Shown piece by piece: positions 37,623-50,130 of a stretch of 64,000 bases of DNA. Each line of letters begins with the position of its first letter. Position 1 is the first letter of the stretch. Below the pieces are notes generated by a model. That model had not been told where the DNA came from and made no database searches. It saw only the letters and a list, made by a program, of their open reading frames with translations. This DNA comes from Octopus sinensis (taxonomy: Eukaryota), in assembly GCF_006345805.1 (NCBI RefSeq), contig NC_043002.1, positions 59,086,001-59,150,000 of the forward strand, written 5' to 3'. The translations under genes and the position numbers were made by a program.

Positions 37623-37736
37623 TCCACGGACGTACGTTTCGAAATCAAGTTTTAAGGAAAGCATACGAATTAAATATTAAATATTAAATAATAAATAATT
37701 CTATCTTACCGAAACTTCTTTTCTCTTCAGCGTAGA
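37623..37736 (-). ncRNA. Type I hammerhead ribozyme, array copy 1 (core intact)
   Basis: Minus strand: TCTACG-CTGAAGA-GAAA..long stem II..TTTC-GAAAC GTAC GTC-CGTGGA. Confidence 0.82.
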
Positions 37737-38225
37737 ATACTATAATCATAAATGATTATATATTGAATTTTGAGATACCAGAAGGCACCAACTCCACTCA
37801 GTATCAGAGCGAGCTAGAACCCGCAACTGGTATCACCGAATTCAATTTGTGAATGAAACGATTGTGCCAACAGCCCCTTCCCACCCGCGTGTAGCCAAAA
37901 CAAGATGCTATGGTCATCTACTGAGATCAAATATGGTTATCCGTAATAATGAAGGGTGAAATTAATTAATTTGGAAAAATTATCAATTACACCAAGTAGT
38001 CTTCGGCATGTAAAAGCCTCATTCGAGGAAAATTTAAGTAATACTAAGCAATAAGGGTTTAGCAACGAGTTGCCTTACCACATACCGAATTTAGAAATAG
38101 CAGTCAAAGGGTTATAGCTATTTCTTCTACTAAAAAGGGAGATCTCAGTAAAAACAGCATTTGGAAGGCACAAACAGGTAGAGAGAAATGAATTGACTGC
38201 AATCTATCATACATTTTTTTAGTTA

Positions 38226-38340
38226 TCCACGGACGTTTACGTTCGAAATCAAGTTTTAAGGAAAGCATACGAATTAAATATTAAATATTAAATAATAAAT
38301 AATTCTATCTTACCGAAACTTCTTTTCTCTTCAGCGTAGA
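38226..38340 (-). ncRNA. Hammerhead, array copy 2 (GAAA/stem III disturbed by indels)
   Basis: Same fold, but it reads GAACGTAAACGTC. Confidence 0.55.
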
Positions 38341-38796
38341 ATATATAATCATAAATGATTATATATGAATTTTGAGATACCAGAAGGCACCAAATCCACT
38401 CAGTATCAGAGCGAGCTAGAACCCGCAACTGGTATCACCGAATTCAATTTGTGAATGAAACGATTGTGCCAACAGCCCCTTCCCACCGCGTGTAGCCAAA
38501 ACAGATGCTATGGTCATCTACTGAGTCAAATATGGTTATCCGTAATAATGAAGGGTGAAATTAATTAATTTGGAAAAATTATCAATTACACCAAGTAGTC
38601 TTCGGCATGTAAAAGCCTCATTCGAGGAAAATTTAAGTAATACTAAGCAATAAGTTGTTTACCAACGAGCAGTCAAAGGGTATAGCTATTTCTTCTACTA
38701 AAAAGGGAGCTCTCAGTCAGTAAAAAACAGCATTTGGAAGGCACAAACAGGTAAGAGAGAATGAATTGACTGCACTCATCATACATTTTTTTAGTA

Positions 38797-38909
38797 TCCA
38801 CGGACGTACGTTTCGAAATCAAGTTTTAAGGAAAGCATACGAATAAATATTAAATATTAAATAATAAATAATTCTATCTTACCGAAACTTCTTTTCTCTT
38901 CAGCGTAGA
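38797..38909 (-). ncRNA. Hammerhead, array copy 3 (core intact)
   Basis: Core and stems as in copy 1. Confidence 0.82.
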
Positions 38910-39390
38910 ATAATAATCATAAATGATTTATATTGAATTTTGAGATACCAGAAGGCACCAACTCCACTCAGTATCAGAGCGAGCTATAGAACCCGCAACT
39001 GGTATCACCGAATTCAATTTGTGAATGAAACGATTGTGCCAACAGCCCCTTCCCACCCGCGTGTAGCCAAAACAAGATGCTATGGTCATCTACTGAGATA
39101 AAATATGGTTATCCGTAATAATGAAGGGTGAAATTAATAAATTGGGAAAATTATCAATTACACCAAGTAGTCTTCGGCATGTAAAAGCCTCATTCGAGGA
39201 AAATAAGTAATACTAAGCATAAGGGTTTAGCAACGAGTTGCCTTACCACATACCGAATTTAGAAATAGCAGTCAAAGGGTTATAGCTATTTCTTCTACTA
39301 AAAAGGGAGATCTCAGTAAAAACAGCATTGGAAGGCACAAACAGGTAAGAGGAATGAATTGACTGCAATCTATCATACATTTTTTAGTTA

Positions 39391-39504
39391 TCCACGGACG
39401 TACGTTTCGAAATCAAGTTTTAAGGAAAGCATACGAATTAAATATTAAATATTAAATAATAAATAATTCTATCTTACCGAAACTTCTTTTCTCTTCAGCG
39501 TAGT
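39391..39504 (-). ncRNA. Hammerhead, array copy 4 (core intact)
   Basis: Core intact, with a 3-bp insertion in distal stem I. Confidence 0.8.
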
Positions 39505-39991
39505 AGAATACTATAATCATAAATGATTATATATTGAATTTTGAGATACCAGAAGGCACCAACTCCACTCAGTATCAGAGCGAGCTAGAACCCGCAACTG
39601 GTATCACGAATTCAATTTGTGATGAAACGATTGTGCCAACAGCCCTTCCACCCGCGTGTAGCCAAAACAAGATGCTATGGTCATCTACTGAGATAAAATA
39701 TGGTTATCCGTAATAATGAAGGGTGAAATTAATTAATTTGGAAAAATTATCAATTACACCAAGTAGTCTTCGGCATGTAAAAGCCTCATTCGAGGAAAAT
39801 TTAAGTAATACTAAGCAATAAGGGTTTAGCAACGAGTTGCTTACCAATACCGAATTAGAAATAGCAGTCAAAGGGTTATAGCTATTTCTTCTACTAAAAA
39901 GGGAGATCTCAGTAAAAACAGCATTTGGAAGCACAAACAGGTAAGAGAAGAGAATGGAATGACTGCAATCTATCATACATTTTTTTAGTTA

Positions 39992-40105
39992 TCCACGGAC
40001 GTACGTTTCGAAATCAAGTTTTAAGGAAAGCATACGAATTAAATATTAAATATTAAATAATAAATAATTCTATCTTACCGAAACTTCTTTTCTCTTCAGC
40101 GTAGA
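39992..40105 (-). ncRNA. Hammerhead, array copy 5 (core intact)
   Basis: Core and stems as in copy 1. Confidence 0.82.
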
Positions 40106-40592
40106 ATAATACTTAATCATAAATGATTATATATTGAATTTTGAGATACCAGAAGGCACCAACTCCACTCAGTATCAGAGCGAGCTAGAACCGCAACTGG
40201 TATCACCGAATTCAATTTGTGAATGAAACGATTGTGCCAACAGCCCCTTCCCACCCGCGTGTAGCCAAACAAGATGCTATGGTCATCTACTAGATAAAAT
40301 ATGGTTATCCGTAATAATGAAGGTGTGAATAATTAATTGGAAAAAATTATCAATTACACCAAGTAGTCTTCGGCATGTAAAAGCCTCATTCGAGGAAAAT
40401 TTAAGTAATACTAAGCAATAAGGGTTTAGCAACGAGTTGCCTTACCACATACCGAATTTAGAAATAGCAGTCAAAGGGTTATATATAGCTCTTCTTCTAA
40501 AAAGGAGATCTCAGTAAAAAAACGCATTTGGAAGGCACAAACAGGTAAGAGAGAATGAATTGACTGCAATCTATCATACATTTTTTTAGTTA

Positions 40593-40703
40593 TCCCGGAC
40601 GTACGTTCGAAATCAAGTTTTAAGGAAAGCATACGAATTAAATATTAAATATTAATAATAAATAATTCTATCTTACCGAAACTTCTTTTCTCTTCAGCGT
40701 AGA
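40593..40703 (-). ncRNA. Hammerhead, array copy 6 (1-bp deletions in GAAA and stem I)
   Basis: Reads GAACGTACGTC-CGGGA. Confidence 0.55.
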
Positions 40704-41194
40704 ATACTATAATCATAAATGATTATATATTGAATTTTGAGATACCAGAAGGCACCAACTCCACTCAGTATCAGAGCGAGCTAGAACCCGCAACTGGTAT
40801 CACCGAATTCAATTGTGAATGAAACGATTGTGCCAACAGCCCCTTCCCACCCGCGTGTAGCCAAAACAAGATGCTATGGTCATCTACTGAGATAAAATAT
40901 GGTTATCCGTAATAATGAAGGGTGAAATTAATTAATTTGGAAAAATTATCAATTACACCAAGTAGTCTTCGGCATGTAAAAGCCTCATTCGAGAGGAAAT
41001 TTAAGTAATACTAAGCAATAAGGGTTTAGCAACGAGTTGCCTTACCACATACCGAATTTAGAAATAGCAGTCAAAGGGTTATAGCTATTTCTTCTACTAA
41101 AAAGGGAGATCTCAGTAGTAAAACAGCATTTGGAAGGCACAAACAGGTAAGAGAGAATGAATTGACTGCAATCTATCATACATTTTTTTAGTTA

Positions 41195-41309
41195 TCCACG
41201 GACGTAAGTTTCGAAATCAAGTTTTAAGGAAAGCATACGAATTAAATATTAAATATTAAATAATAAATAATTCTATCTCTTACCGAAACTTCTTTTTCTT
41301 CAGCGTAGA
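41195..41309 (-). ncRNA. Hammerhead, array copy 7 (stem II base pair and stem III loop variants)
   Basis: CTGAAGA-AAAAG.. (G10.1 lost) and GAAAC TTAC GTC. Confidence 0.6.
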
Positions 41310-41795
41310 ATACTATAATCATAATGATTATATATTGAATTTTGAGATACCAGAAGGCACCAACCCACTCAGTATCAGAGCGAGCTAGAACCACCGCAAC
41401 TGGTATCACGAATTCAATTTGTGAATGAAACGATTGTGCCAACAGCCCCTTCCCCCCGCGTGTAGCCAAAACAAGATGCTATGGTCATCTAACTGAGATA
41501 AAATATGGTTATCCGTAATAATGAAGGGTGAAATTAATTAATTTGGAAAAATTATCAATTACACCAAGTAGTCTTCGGCATGTAAAAGCCTCATCGAGGA
41601 AAATTTAAGTAATACTAAGCAATAAGGGTTTAGCAACGAGTTGCCTTACCACATACCGAATTTAGAAATAGCAGTCAAAGGGTATAGCTATTTCTTCTAC
41701 TAAAAAGGGAGATCTCAGTAAAAAACAGCATTTGGAAGGCACAAACAGGTAAGAGAGAATGATTGACTGCAATCTATCATACATTTTTTTAGTTA

Positions 41796-41902
41796 TCCAC
41801 GGACGTACGTTTCGAAATCAAGTTTTAAGGAAAGCATACGAATTAAATATTAAATAATAAATAATTCTATCTTACCGAAACTTCTTTTCTCTTCAGCGTA
41901 GA
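41796..41902 (-). ncRNA. Hammerhead, array copy 8 (core intact)
   Basis: Core intact. The stem II loop is one 7-nt ATATTAA repeat shorter. Confidence 0.82.
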
Positions 41903-42315
41903 ATACTATAATCATAAATGATTATATATTGAATTTTGAGATACCAGAAGGCACCAACTCCACTCAGTATCAGAGCGAGCTAGAACCCGCAATGGTATCA
42001 CCGAATTCAATTTGTGAATGAAACCGATTGTGCCAACAGCCCCTTCCCACCCGCGTGTAGCCAAAACAAGATGCTATGGTCATCTACTGAATTAATAAAC
42101 TTCATTATATATATATATATATATAATATATATATATATAATATATATATACGACAGGCTTCTTTCAGTTTCCATCTACCAAATCCACTCACAAGGTTTA
42201 GGTCGGCCCGAGGCTATAGTAGAAGACACTTGCCCAAGGTGCCACGCAGTGGGACTGAACCCGGAACTGTGTGGTTGGTAAGCAAGCTACTTACCACACA
42301 GCCATGCCTGCACCT

Positions 42316-42650
42316 GTTAACATGTTTCAGCTGATATACTCTCCAGCCTTCATCAGGTGTCTTGGGGAAATTTTGAACCTGGGTTCTCATTCCTAAGGTA
42401 TTTTTTGATATTATTATTATCATTATTAACTGCTATGCCATATGCCCGTGGGGCATATGGCATAGTGGTTAAGAGTACGGGCTACTAACCCCAAGATTCC
42501 GAGTTTGATTCCAGGCAATGACCTGAATAATAATAATAGTATCGAAAAATACCTTAGGAATGAGAACCCAGGTTCGAAATTTCCCGAAGACACTAGATGA
42601 AGGCTGGAGAGTATATCAGCCAAAACGTGTTAACAACAAACAAGATGAGG
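42316..42650. mobile_element. Inverted pair of hammerhead-like tails around a tRNA-like head
   Basis: 42316-42420 is the reverse complement of ~42530-42632 (CTGATGAAGGCTG..CAGC(C/T)GAAAC). Between them are TGGCATAGTGG and GAGTTTGATTCC (A-box and B-box-like). Confidence 0.6.
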
Positions 42651-42710
42651 ACAAATATCTGTCAAATGTAAAAAATGTAAATATTGTGTGTGTGTGTGTA
42701 TATATATATA

Positions 42711-42749
<39 letters not shown>

Positions 42750-42899
42750 AGTTAATCCAAACAAGAAAACACCAAAGAAACACAACAACGCAAGGACGTG
42801 GAACAAATATAGTATTATTGGACGCTCAGGGTTGGTGCAAACAGGAAAAATAGAACTCAAAATATGAATATATGTCTTATTCTGCTATATATATATAAA

Positions 42900-43296
42900 T
42901 ATACAAAAATTTTATAATTATAATTAGGGTTTATCAAAATTGCTTCACCACATACCGAAATTTAGAAATAGCAGTTACATACTATTCTGCTACCATAAGA
43001 TATCTCCCAGACAGCAATACTCTCAAGGCAAAGAGAAAAAATAACGAATCCACCTGGTTTTGATCTCTTTGCCTGTGTAAGTTGAGAGTATTGCTGTCTG
43101 GGAGATATCTTATGATAGTAGAATAATATTTAACTGGTATTTCTAAATTTCAGTATGTGATGAAGCAATTTTGATAAACCCTAATTATAATTGTTTATAA
43201 TTATAAAATTTTTGTATAAGTTTAACAATAATGGTTCTTTTAACATACCGAACTACTTGGTAAAATTATTGATTAATTAATTTTACCCTTTATTAT
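42900..43296. repeat. Fold-back element (~127-bp arms, 42900-43026 / 43082-43218), related to the 600-bp array unit
   Basis: The arms are reverse complements with a few mismatches. It shares CCACATACCGAA(A)TTTAGAAATAGCAGT and, inverted, AAGGGT.AAATTAATTAAT..ACCAAGTAG.TTCGG with the array. Confidence 0.85.
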
Positions 43297-43317
43297 TAAT
43301 ATATAAATATATATATT

Positions 43318-43373
<56 letters not shown>

Positions 43374-44059
43374 ATATATATACCTTTCAGTTTTTGACTG
43401 TGACCATGCTGGTTTGAAAGGTTTTAGTGGAATGAATTGATCCCAGTACTTATTTTCTTTAAACCTGGTACTTATTCTATCAGTCTCTTTTGCCAAACTG
43501 CTCAGTTATTGAATTGATGGGACACACACTTTCAGGTTCTGCCTATCAGATCTTCTCACAAGGCTATATATATGTCTTTGCATATGTCCCCTACCATTGC
43601 TAAATTACCAGTATTTGTTTGTTTATGTCCCTTGTAACCTAGCAGTTTGGCAAGAGAAACCAATAGGATAAGTTACCAAATTTAAAAAAACAAAAAAGTA
43701 TTGATGTAGATTTGTCCAACTAGAATCCTTTGTAGGTGGTGCCCCAGCATGGGCACAATCCAGTGACTGAAACAAACGAAAGATAACAAACAATTGAAGT
43801 TAAGTTATGGGAAAGAACTTAGAAATGGTTTAATGAGATTTTCATAATTGTATAGTGGAAGGTAGAAATCTAATATTTAGTTACAACTTTGTTAATTGTG
43901 GATTTAATTAGCCCATTAAATAAATATAAAAATACAGTATTTGCTTGCCACACATGGTGTATTGATTTTGGTTTTCTTAGCCAGTGATCAATTTCTGAGA
44001 GTGCATTCAGACAGGTCAATAAGTATTGGGTGGCCAGTCAAGATGTTTGAAGGTCATCA

Positions 44060-45640
44060 TCATTTAATGTCCGTTGTCCATACTGGCATGGGTTGGACGG
44101 TTTGACCAGGGCTGGTAAGCTGGAAGGCTGCACCAGACTTCAGTCTGATTTGGCATGGTTTTCTACAGCTGGATGCTCTTCCTAATGCCAACCACTCCAA
44201 GAGTGTAATGGGTGCTTCTATGTACCACTGGCATGGGTGCCATGACTGTGATTTTGCTTGGCTTGATGAGTCTTTGGGTTATTGCCTGTGTCAGGCCCAA
44301 CATTCGAAAGGAACTCAGCCACTTTGCCTCTGTGAAGCCCAACTTTTAAATTGTTTCACTCATAGGGTTGTGGTCATGATGTGGCACTTCCTTGAAGTAC
44401 TTATTTTTTAAAGCCAGGTGCTTATTCTGTTAGTTTATTTTGCTGAACTGCTATGTTACAGGGGACATAAACAGACCTAAGCCAGTTGTCAAGCAGTGGC
44501 AGAAAACAAACACACACACACATGTATATATCATCATCATCATTATCATTTAACGTCTGTTTTCCATGCTGGCATGGGTTGGATGGTTTGACTGCAGTCT
44601 GGGAAGCCAGGAGGCTGCACCAGGCCCCAATCTGATCTGGTAGTGTTTCTACAGCTAGATGCCCTTCCTAACACCGACTATTCTGAGAGTGTTGTGGGTG
44701 CTTTTTACATGTCACTGGCACAGGGCCAGAGGAGCTACCATCGACCATGATCGGATGGTGCTTTTTACGTGCCACCAGCACGGAAGCCAGTCAAAGCAGC
44801 ACTGGCATCGGTCATGTTTGGATGGTGCTTTTTACATGCTAGTGGCACGGGGTTCACAACTACAATTTCCATTTGACTTGATTTTGATATGGATGTTGAT
44901 ATTGATGTACTTGACTCAATAGGTTTCCTCAAGCATCGCATGTCGCCCTACAATCCAAGGTACTTTTGAGTGGGCTGGTTATGCGACACTGGTGTAGGTT
45001 ACAGCTGTGAACTAACTTTATTTGCCGGGTCTTCTCAATCACAGCACACCTCCAGAGGTCTCGGTCTTTTGTCATTGTCTCTGTCTACTCCAGATTCCTT
45101 CCACTGTTTGGGAGTGGCACTTCTTCACACAGCTCTCCTCGTCCATCTGCAGTACATGACCATACCAACACAAACATCTCTCTTGCATGCCACATGTGAT
45201 GCTTCTTATGTCTAACATTTCTCTCAGGGTGCTTACACTCCGTCGTGTGTGCACACTGACATTACACATCCAGTGGTTCATGCTAGCTTAATTTGTTTCG
45301 AGCCTACACATGTTTTCAGCAGTCACAGCCTATGTTTCTCTGCTGTGAAGCATGGCAGTTTGCACACATGCATCCTACAATCTACCTTTCACTCTGAGTG
45401 AGAAGCCCTTTGTCACTAGTAAGGGTAGAAGCTTTCTGAACTTTGCCTAGGCTATTCTTATTCTAGTGGTAAAACTCGCTGAGTATCCACCCCCACTACA
45501 GACTTAGTCACCTAGGTAGCAGAAGCCATCAGCTAATTCTAGTGTCTCCTCCTGGCATGTGATGGAGTCTGATTTCTGAGTATCTGTGGTGTTGCCCCTG
45601 TGCATCTGCTGCACATGAGAGCTATGTTTGTTCTATAATA
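44060..45640 (-). mobile_element. Cluster of RTE 3' fragments interrupted by a SINE B piece
   Basis: Two RTE tails (~44060, ~44530) and a decayed ORF end (WMCNVSVHTRRSVSTLREMLD..WYGHVLQMDEESCVKKC) extending to ~45640. Confidence 0.8.
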
Positions 45641-45655
45641 TATAACATATATATA

Positions 45656-45688
<33 letters not shown>

Positions 45689-45756
45689 ATCCTCTGTTTA
45701 TCTAATATCAAGACCTCATTCTTTTGTTGTTACTGTTTATTATTATTATTATTATT

Positions 45757-45807
<51 letters not shown>

Positions 45808-46349
45808 TATATATATTATATATGTATATTATTATATATATGTATATATATGATGGGCTACTTTCAGTTTCCATTTGCCAAATTCACTCACAAGGCTTTA
45901 GTTGGCTCAGGGCTCTAGTAGGGCTCAACCACTCACTCATGTCTGGCCCAAAGGAGATTTTGTTTGGGAACAATGTGTGGTGTTCTGCACTGGACCCAAT
46001 AAATATTTGTTCAGTAAGTTTTATGTCCACTTTCCATGCTGGAATCAGTTAGATGCATATGTCTTATCAAAACACTGCATTTACTGCTGGATGCTCTTCC
46101 TGTCACATATTCTTATCCGTATTTCAAATAAGGATGTCTGTTATTCTACTGAGCACCAACGGATGATTTGTTGCTAGAAATGGCGTGAACATCACTGCAT
46201 CATGTTCACAGCTTTTTTACAAGTAAGCTTGACTGTATGAAGGTTACAACTTTCTTGATGGTCATCTGCATCTTTAGAATATTCATATACAAAACTTACA
46301 ATAGGTGTTCTGTGAAGGCACATGGCCTTGTGGTCAGGTGTGTTGCACC

Positions 46350-46830
46350 GGTGCTGGAGCCATGTAAATAACACTGGTGCTGGTGTCATGTAAAAAGCAC
46401 TGACGCTGGTGCCACATAAAAAGCACTGGTGCTGGTGCCACATAAAAAGCAATGGTACTGGTGCCACATAAAAAGTACTGGTGCAGGTGCCACATACAGA
46501 ATACCTGTGCTGATGCCACCTAAAAAGCATTGGTCCTGGTGCCACATAAAAAGTACTGGTGCCATGTAAAAAGCACTGGTGCTGGTGTCACATAAAAGGC
46601 GCTAAAAAGCACTGGTGCTGGCGCTGTATAAAAAGCACTGGTGTGGGTCCCACATAAAAAGTACCCAGTTCATTCTGTTAAAGTGGTTGACATTATGAAG
46701 GGCATCCAGCTGTAGAAACTATGCAAAAACACAATGGAACCTGGGGTGGCTCCTAGCCTTGCCAGCACCTGTCAAACCGCCCAACCCATGCGAGCATGGG
46801 AAACAGACGTTCATGATGATGATAATATGC
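46350..46830 (+). repeat. Second GGTGCCACATAAAAAGCACT minisatellite followed by an RTE tail
   Basis: Same unit as 8570-9170, followed by GAAGGGCATCCAGCTG and CCAACCCATGC. Confidence 0.82.
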
Positions 46831-46914
46831 ATCCAACAACACACACCAACACAGATACACATGTTTACAAACACTCAATGATGCACACACTCGTACACTG
46901 AGATATAACATACA

Positions 46915-47009
<95 letters not shown>

Positions 47010-47742
47010 CACAGACTACATCAAACACATACCAGGCTGGCCATTGTAAATGTATCAATAATGATTGTTGCATGAATGAAATTCTGATTAAAGATTAAGT
47101 TTCTGTTGGTTGGAGGAAGAGGAAGGCAGATTGCTAAATGATGGAGGGAGGAGTGTGTGTATATACATATGTATGTGTAGGTAGTGCTTGTGTGTGTGTG
47201 TGTGTGTGTTGAGTGTTTGAGAAAGTGTATTGTGTGTGTGTGTGTATATATGTAAATGTTTATGCAGCTGTGTGAATGTAAGAATGCATGACATATTTGC
47301 ATGTGTATGAGTGTGTGTGTTTGCTTGTGTATGTGCATATGTATGTGTTTGCATGTTTTTGTTTGTATGTTTGCATGTGTGTATGTGTGTGTGTTTACAT
47401 GTGTTTTTATGTGCATGTTTGTATGTGTGTGTGTTTGTGTATGTGTTTGCATGTGTTTTTATGTGTATATGTTTGTGTGTGTGTTTGCATGTGTTATGTG
47501 TATATGTGTACGTGTTTGCACGTGTGAGGGTGTGTGTGTGTGTGTGTATTGAAATTGGAGGAAAATGATTTATTCTTTGTATTTGGTGAGGAAGTGCCAT
47601 GGGGTTTGGATTGGGATGGAGAAAGCTTTGGTATTTTCCATGTGTTCCGGTATTTTCCATATCACTCCCTCACCTTCCCCCTTTCTTCCTGCTGCACCCT
47701 GCCTTTACATTTCAACATAGCACTATGATCTCTTCTATCTAT

Positions 47743-47780
<38 letters not shown>

Positions 47781-48782
47781 CATACACATGCATAGACACA
47801 TACACACTCACACATATATGCATACACATGCACAGAGAGACAGACGCAGACACACACACACATATATATATACATACACATGCAGACACATACATAGACA
47901 CACAGACACTTACACACATGCATACACATGCACAGACACACATGCACACACAGATATATGGATATGCACGCATGCAAGTATGCCAGTGCAGCCAGCCAAC
48001 CAATGAACCAACAACTATCGACCATTACTGCTACCGCAACCGTGGCGATGACGATGATGATGACCACCACCACCGTCCTTTCACTACTACCTCAGCAATA
48101 ACAGCAATTATCACCAACCACAAACAACCATCACCTTTACCCTAACTACCAACACTGCCACTACCACACCAACACTGCCACTACCACACCAACACTGCTG
48201 CTGCCACCACCACTGCTGCTGCCACCACCACTGCTGCTGCCACCACCACTGCTGCCTCTGCTACACCACTATCGCCACCACTACTGTGACACCACTACTA
48301 CCACTGCAATACAACCACCAATAATAACAACAACCACCTCCCTCAGAAATCTAGGCACAGCACTTCCCTACTCTTGTCGAATCAACACCACCAGTTACTA
48401 ACCCAATAACCAACCATCCAACTGGCCTACAAGACATCCTCCCTCGTGTTTTCTGTTTGCTTTATGCGTAAACAATAAGCGTCCAGTTGGATGTGGAACA
48501 TTTTGGACAAACATCTTTCCCTTAGAAATTGGGACCCACGTCACTTCACCCAAATGCACACCCAGGCATGTGGCAACTGGCCTTGACTCTGTTTGTCTAA
48601 GCAGTGCGTGTGTGTATGTGTGTATCCTTGTTTATGTATGTATGTAGGTATGTATATGCATGGGTATGCTTGTATATTCATACACATACATGTGTGTGAG
48701 TATACAGTATATTCATGTATGTGTATGTATTGTATACTTTGACATATATACATGCATGCATATATGTATGTATGTGTGTATG

Positions 48783-48815
<33 letters not shown>

Positions 48816-50099
48816 GAGTGCATGTATGTGTGTGCGTGTATGTATGTGTGCATGTATGTATGTGTGCATGTATGTATGTGTGCATGTATGTAAGTGTGCA
48901 TGTATGTATGTGTGCATGTATGTATGTGTGTTCTCGTAACTGTTTTGCTAATCCAATAACAACAATACAAAGTATGTAGCTCTTAAAATGGTTTTTGTGC
49001 ATTTACAGAGAATACCGAACTGTCTTACACAGGATCTTGTTTTTAGGAATTCCCAATAAGTTATGAATACCCAAATTGTGATGTCAGTTATATAATAACA
49101 TGAAATTAGTTATCTGATAGTAAGAATTCAAATAAAGTAGCCCCGAAAAGGGCTTTAATGCATTCCCAGAGTATATAGAACATAGGAGGAAATAGTAATA
49201 AGGTATGTATGCTAAAATTGTGAAGCATGTGACGTAATAACAGGCTAATCAGATTTGAAATATTAACAATTCAAAGTAAATAACTCTGAAAGGGCTTTTG
49301 TGCGTTCCCAGGGAATATTACCCTCAGGGGCGCTAGTGTTGGTATATTCGTGAATAAGTCACTAACTGAAATAAGTGGACCTATTATTTTGTAATAGATC
49401 CACTTGTTTCAGGGTTGTACTGGATAAATTGCGAAAATAACTTTAACAGTTCAAATACTAAGAAATAAGCATACTCAATTTGATTTATACCAAATAATTT
49501 AGGAAAATGAATGGGTTATTTCCCTTGGTTATATATAAGGATCCCTCCCAGGGACCCTGTTATCCATTTTTTCCACAATCTGTGTATGCCATGCGGTTTC
49601 CAGACATGAGTTCTACTCACATGTCAAGTTTCATCAAAATTGATAAAGTGATGTAGGAGGTGTTAGCTAACACACCCACATTTAGAGTTTCGCACATATG
49701 TAGTAGATATGTATTCATGTATATATATATATAATTATATATGCATGTATGTGTGTATGTATGTATATGTATATATATGTATGCATTTATGTATGTATGT
49801 ATGAGTATGTATGTGCATGTGCTTATATGTATATATATGTTTGTGGCTATTATGCTGTGTGTGTGTGTATGTTTGCGTGTATGTATTTTGTATGTCTCTA
49901 TGTATGTAATATATGTATGCTTGTCTGCTTCTATACTGTTTGTGTATGTACATGTGTATCTCTGCATGCTTTTGTATAGCTGTATATGTGTGTGTGTGTG
50001 TGTATATGTGCATATCTATGTGTAGATGTATGTCTGTGTGTATGCAGCTTTATATATATATGTTTGTATGTGTGAGTTAGGAGGTGAGTATACATTTGT

Positions 50100-50130
<31 letters not shown>

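Larger units (their letters stand above)
37432..42090 (-). repeat. Tandem array of ~7.8 x ~600-bp units, each carrying a hammerhead ribozyme fold
   Basis: TAAGTAATACTAAGCA recurs at 37432, 38035, 38634, 39204, 39802, 40402, 41002 and 41606. Copy 3 lacks ~30 bp and copy 8 is partial. (TA)n tracts flank both ends. Confidence 0.95.

Noticed and set aside
37432-42090. Array considered as a CRISPR array, rDNA/tRNA cluster or repeated coding exon
   Set aside because: There is no repeat-spacer alternation and no rRNA or tRNA motifs, and all three frames after the plus-strand acceptor hit stops within a few codons.
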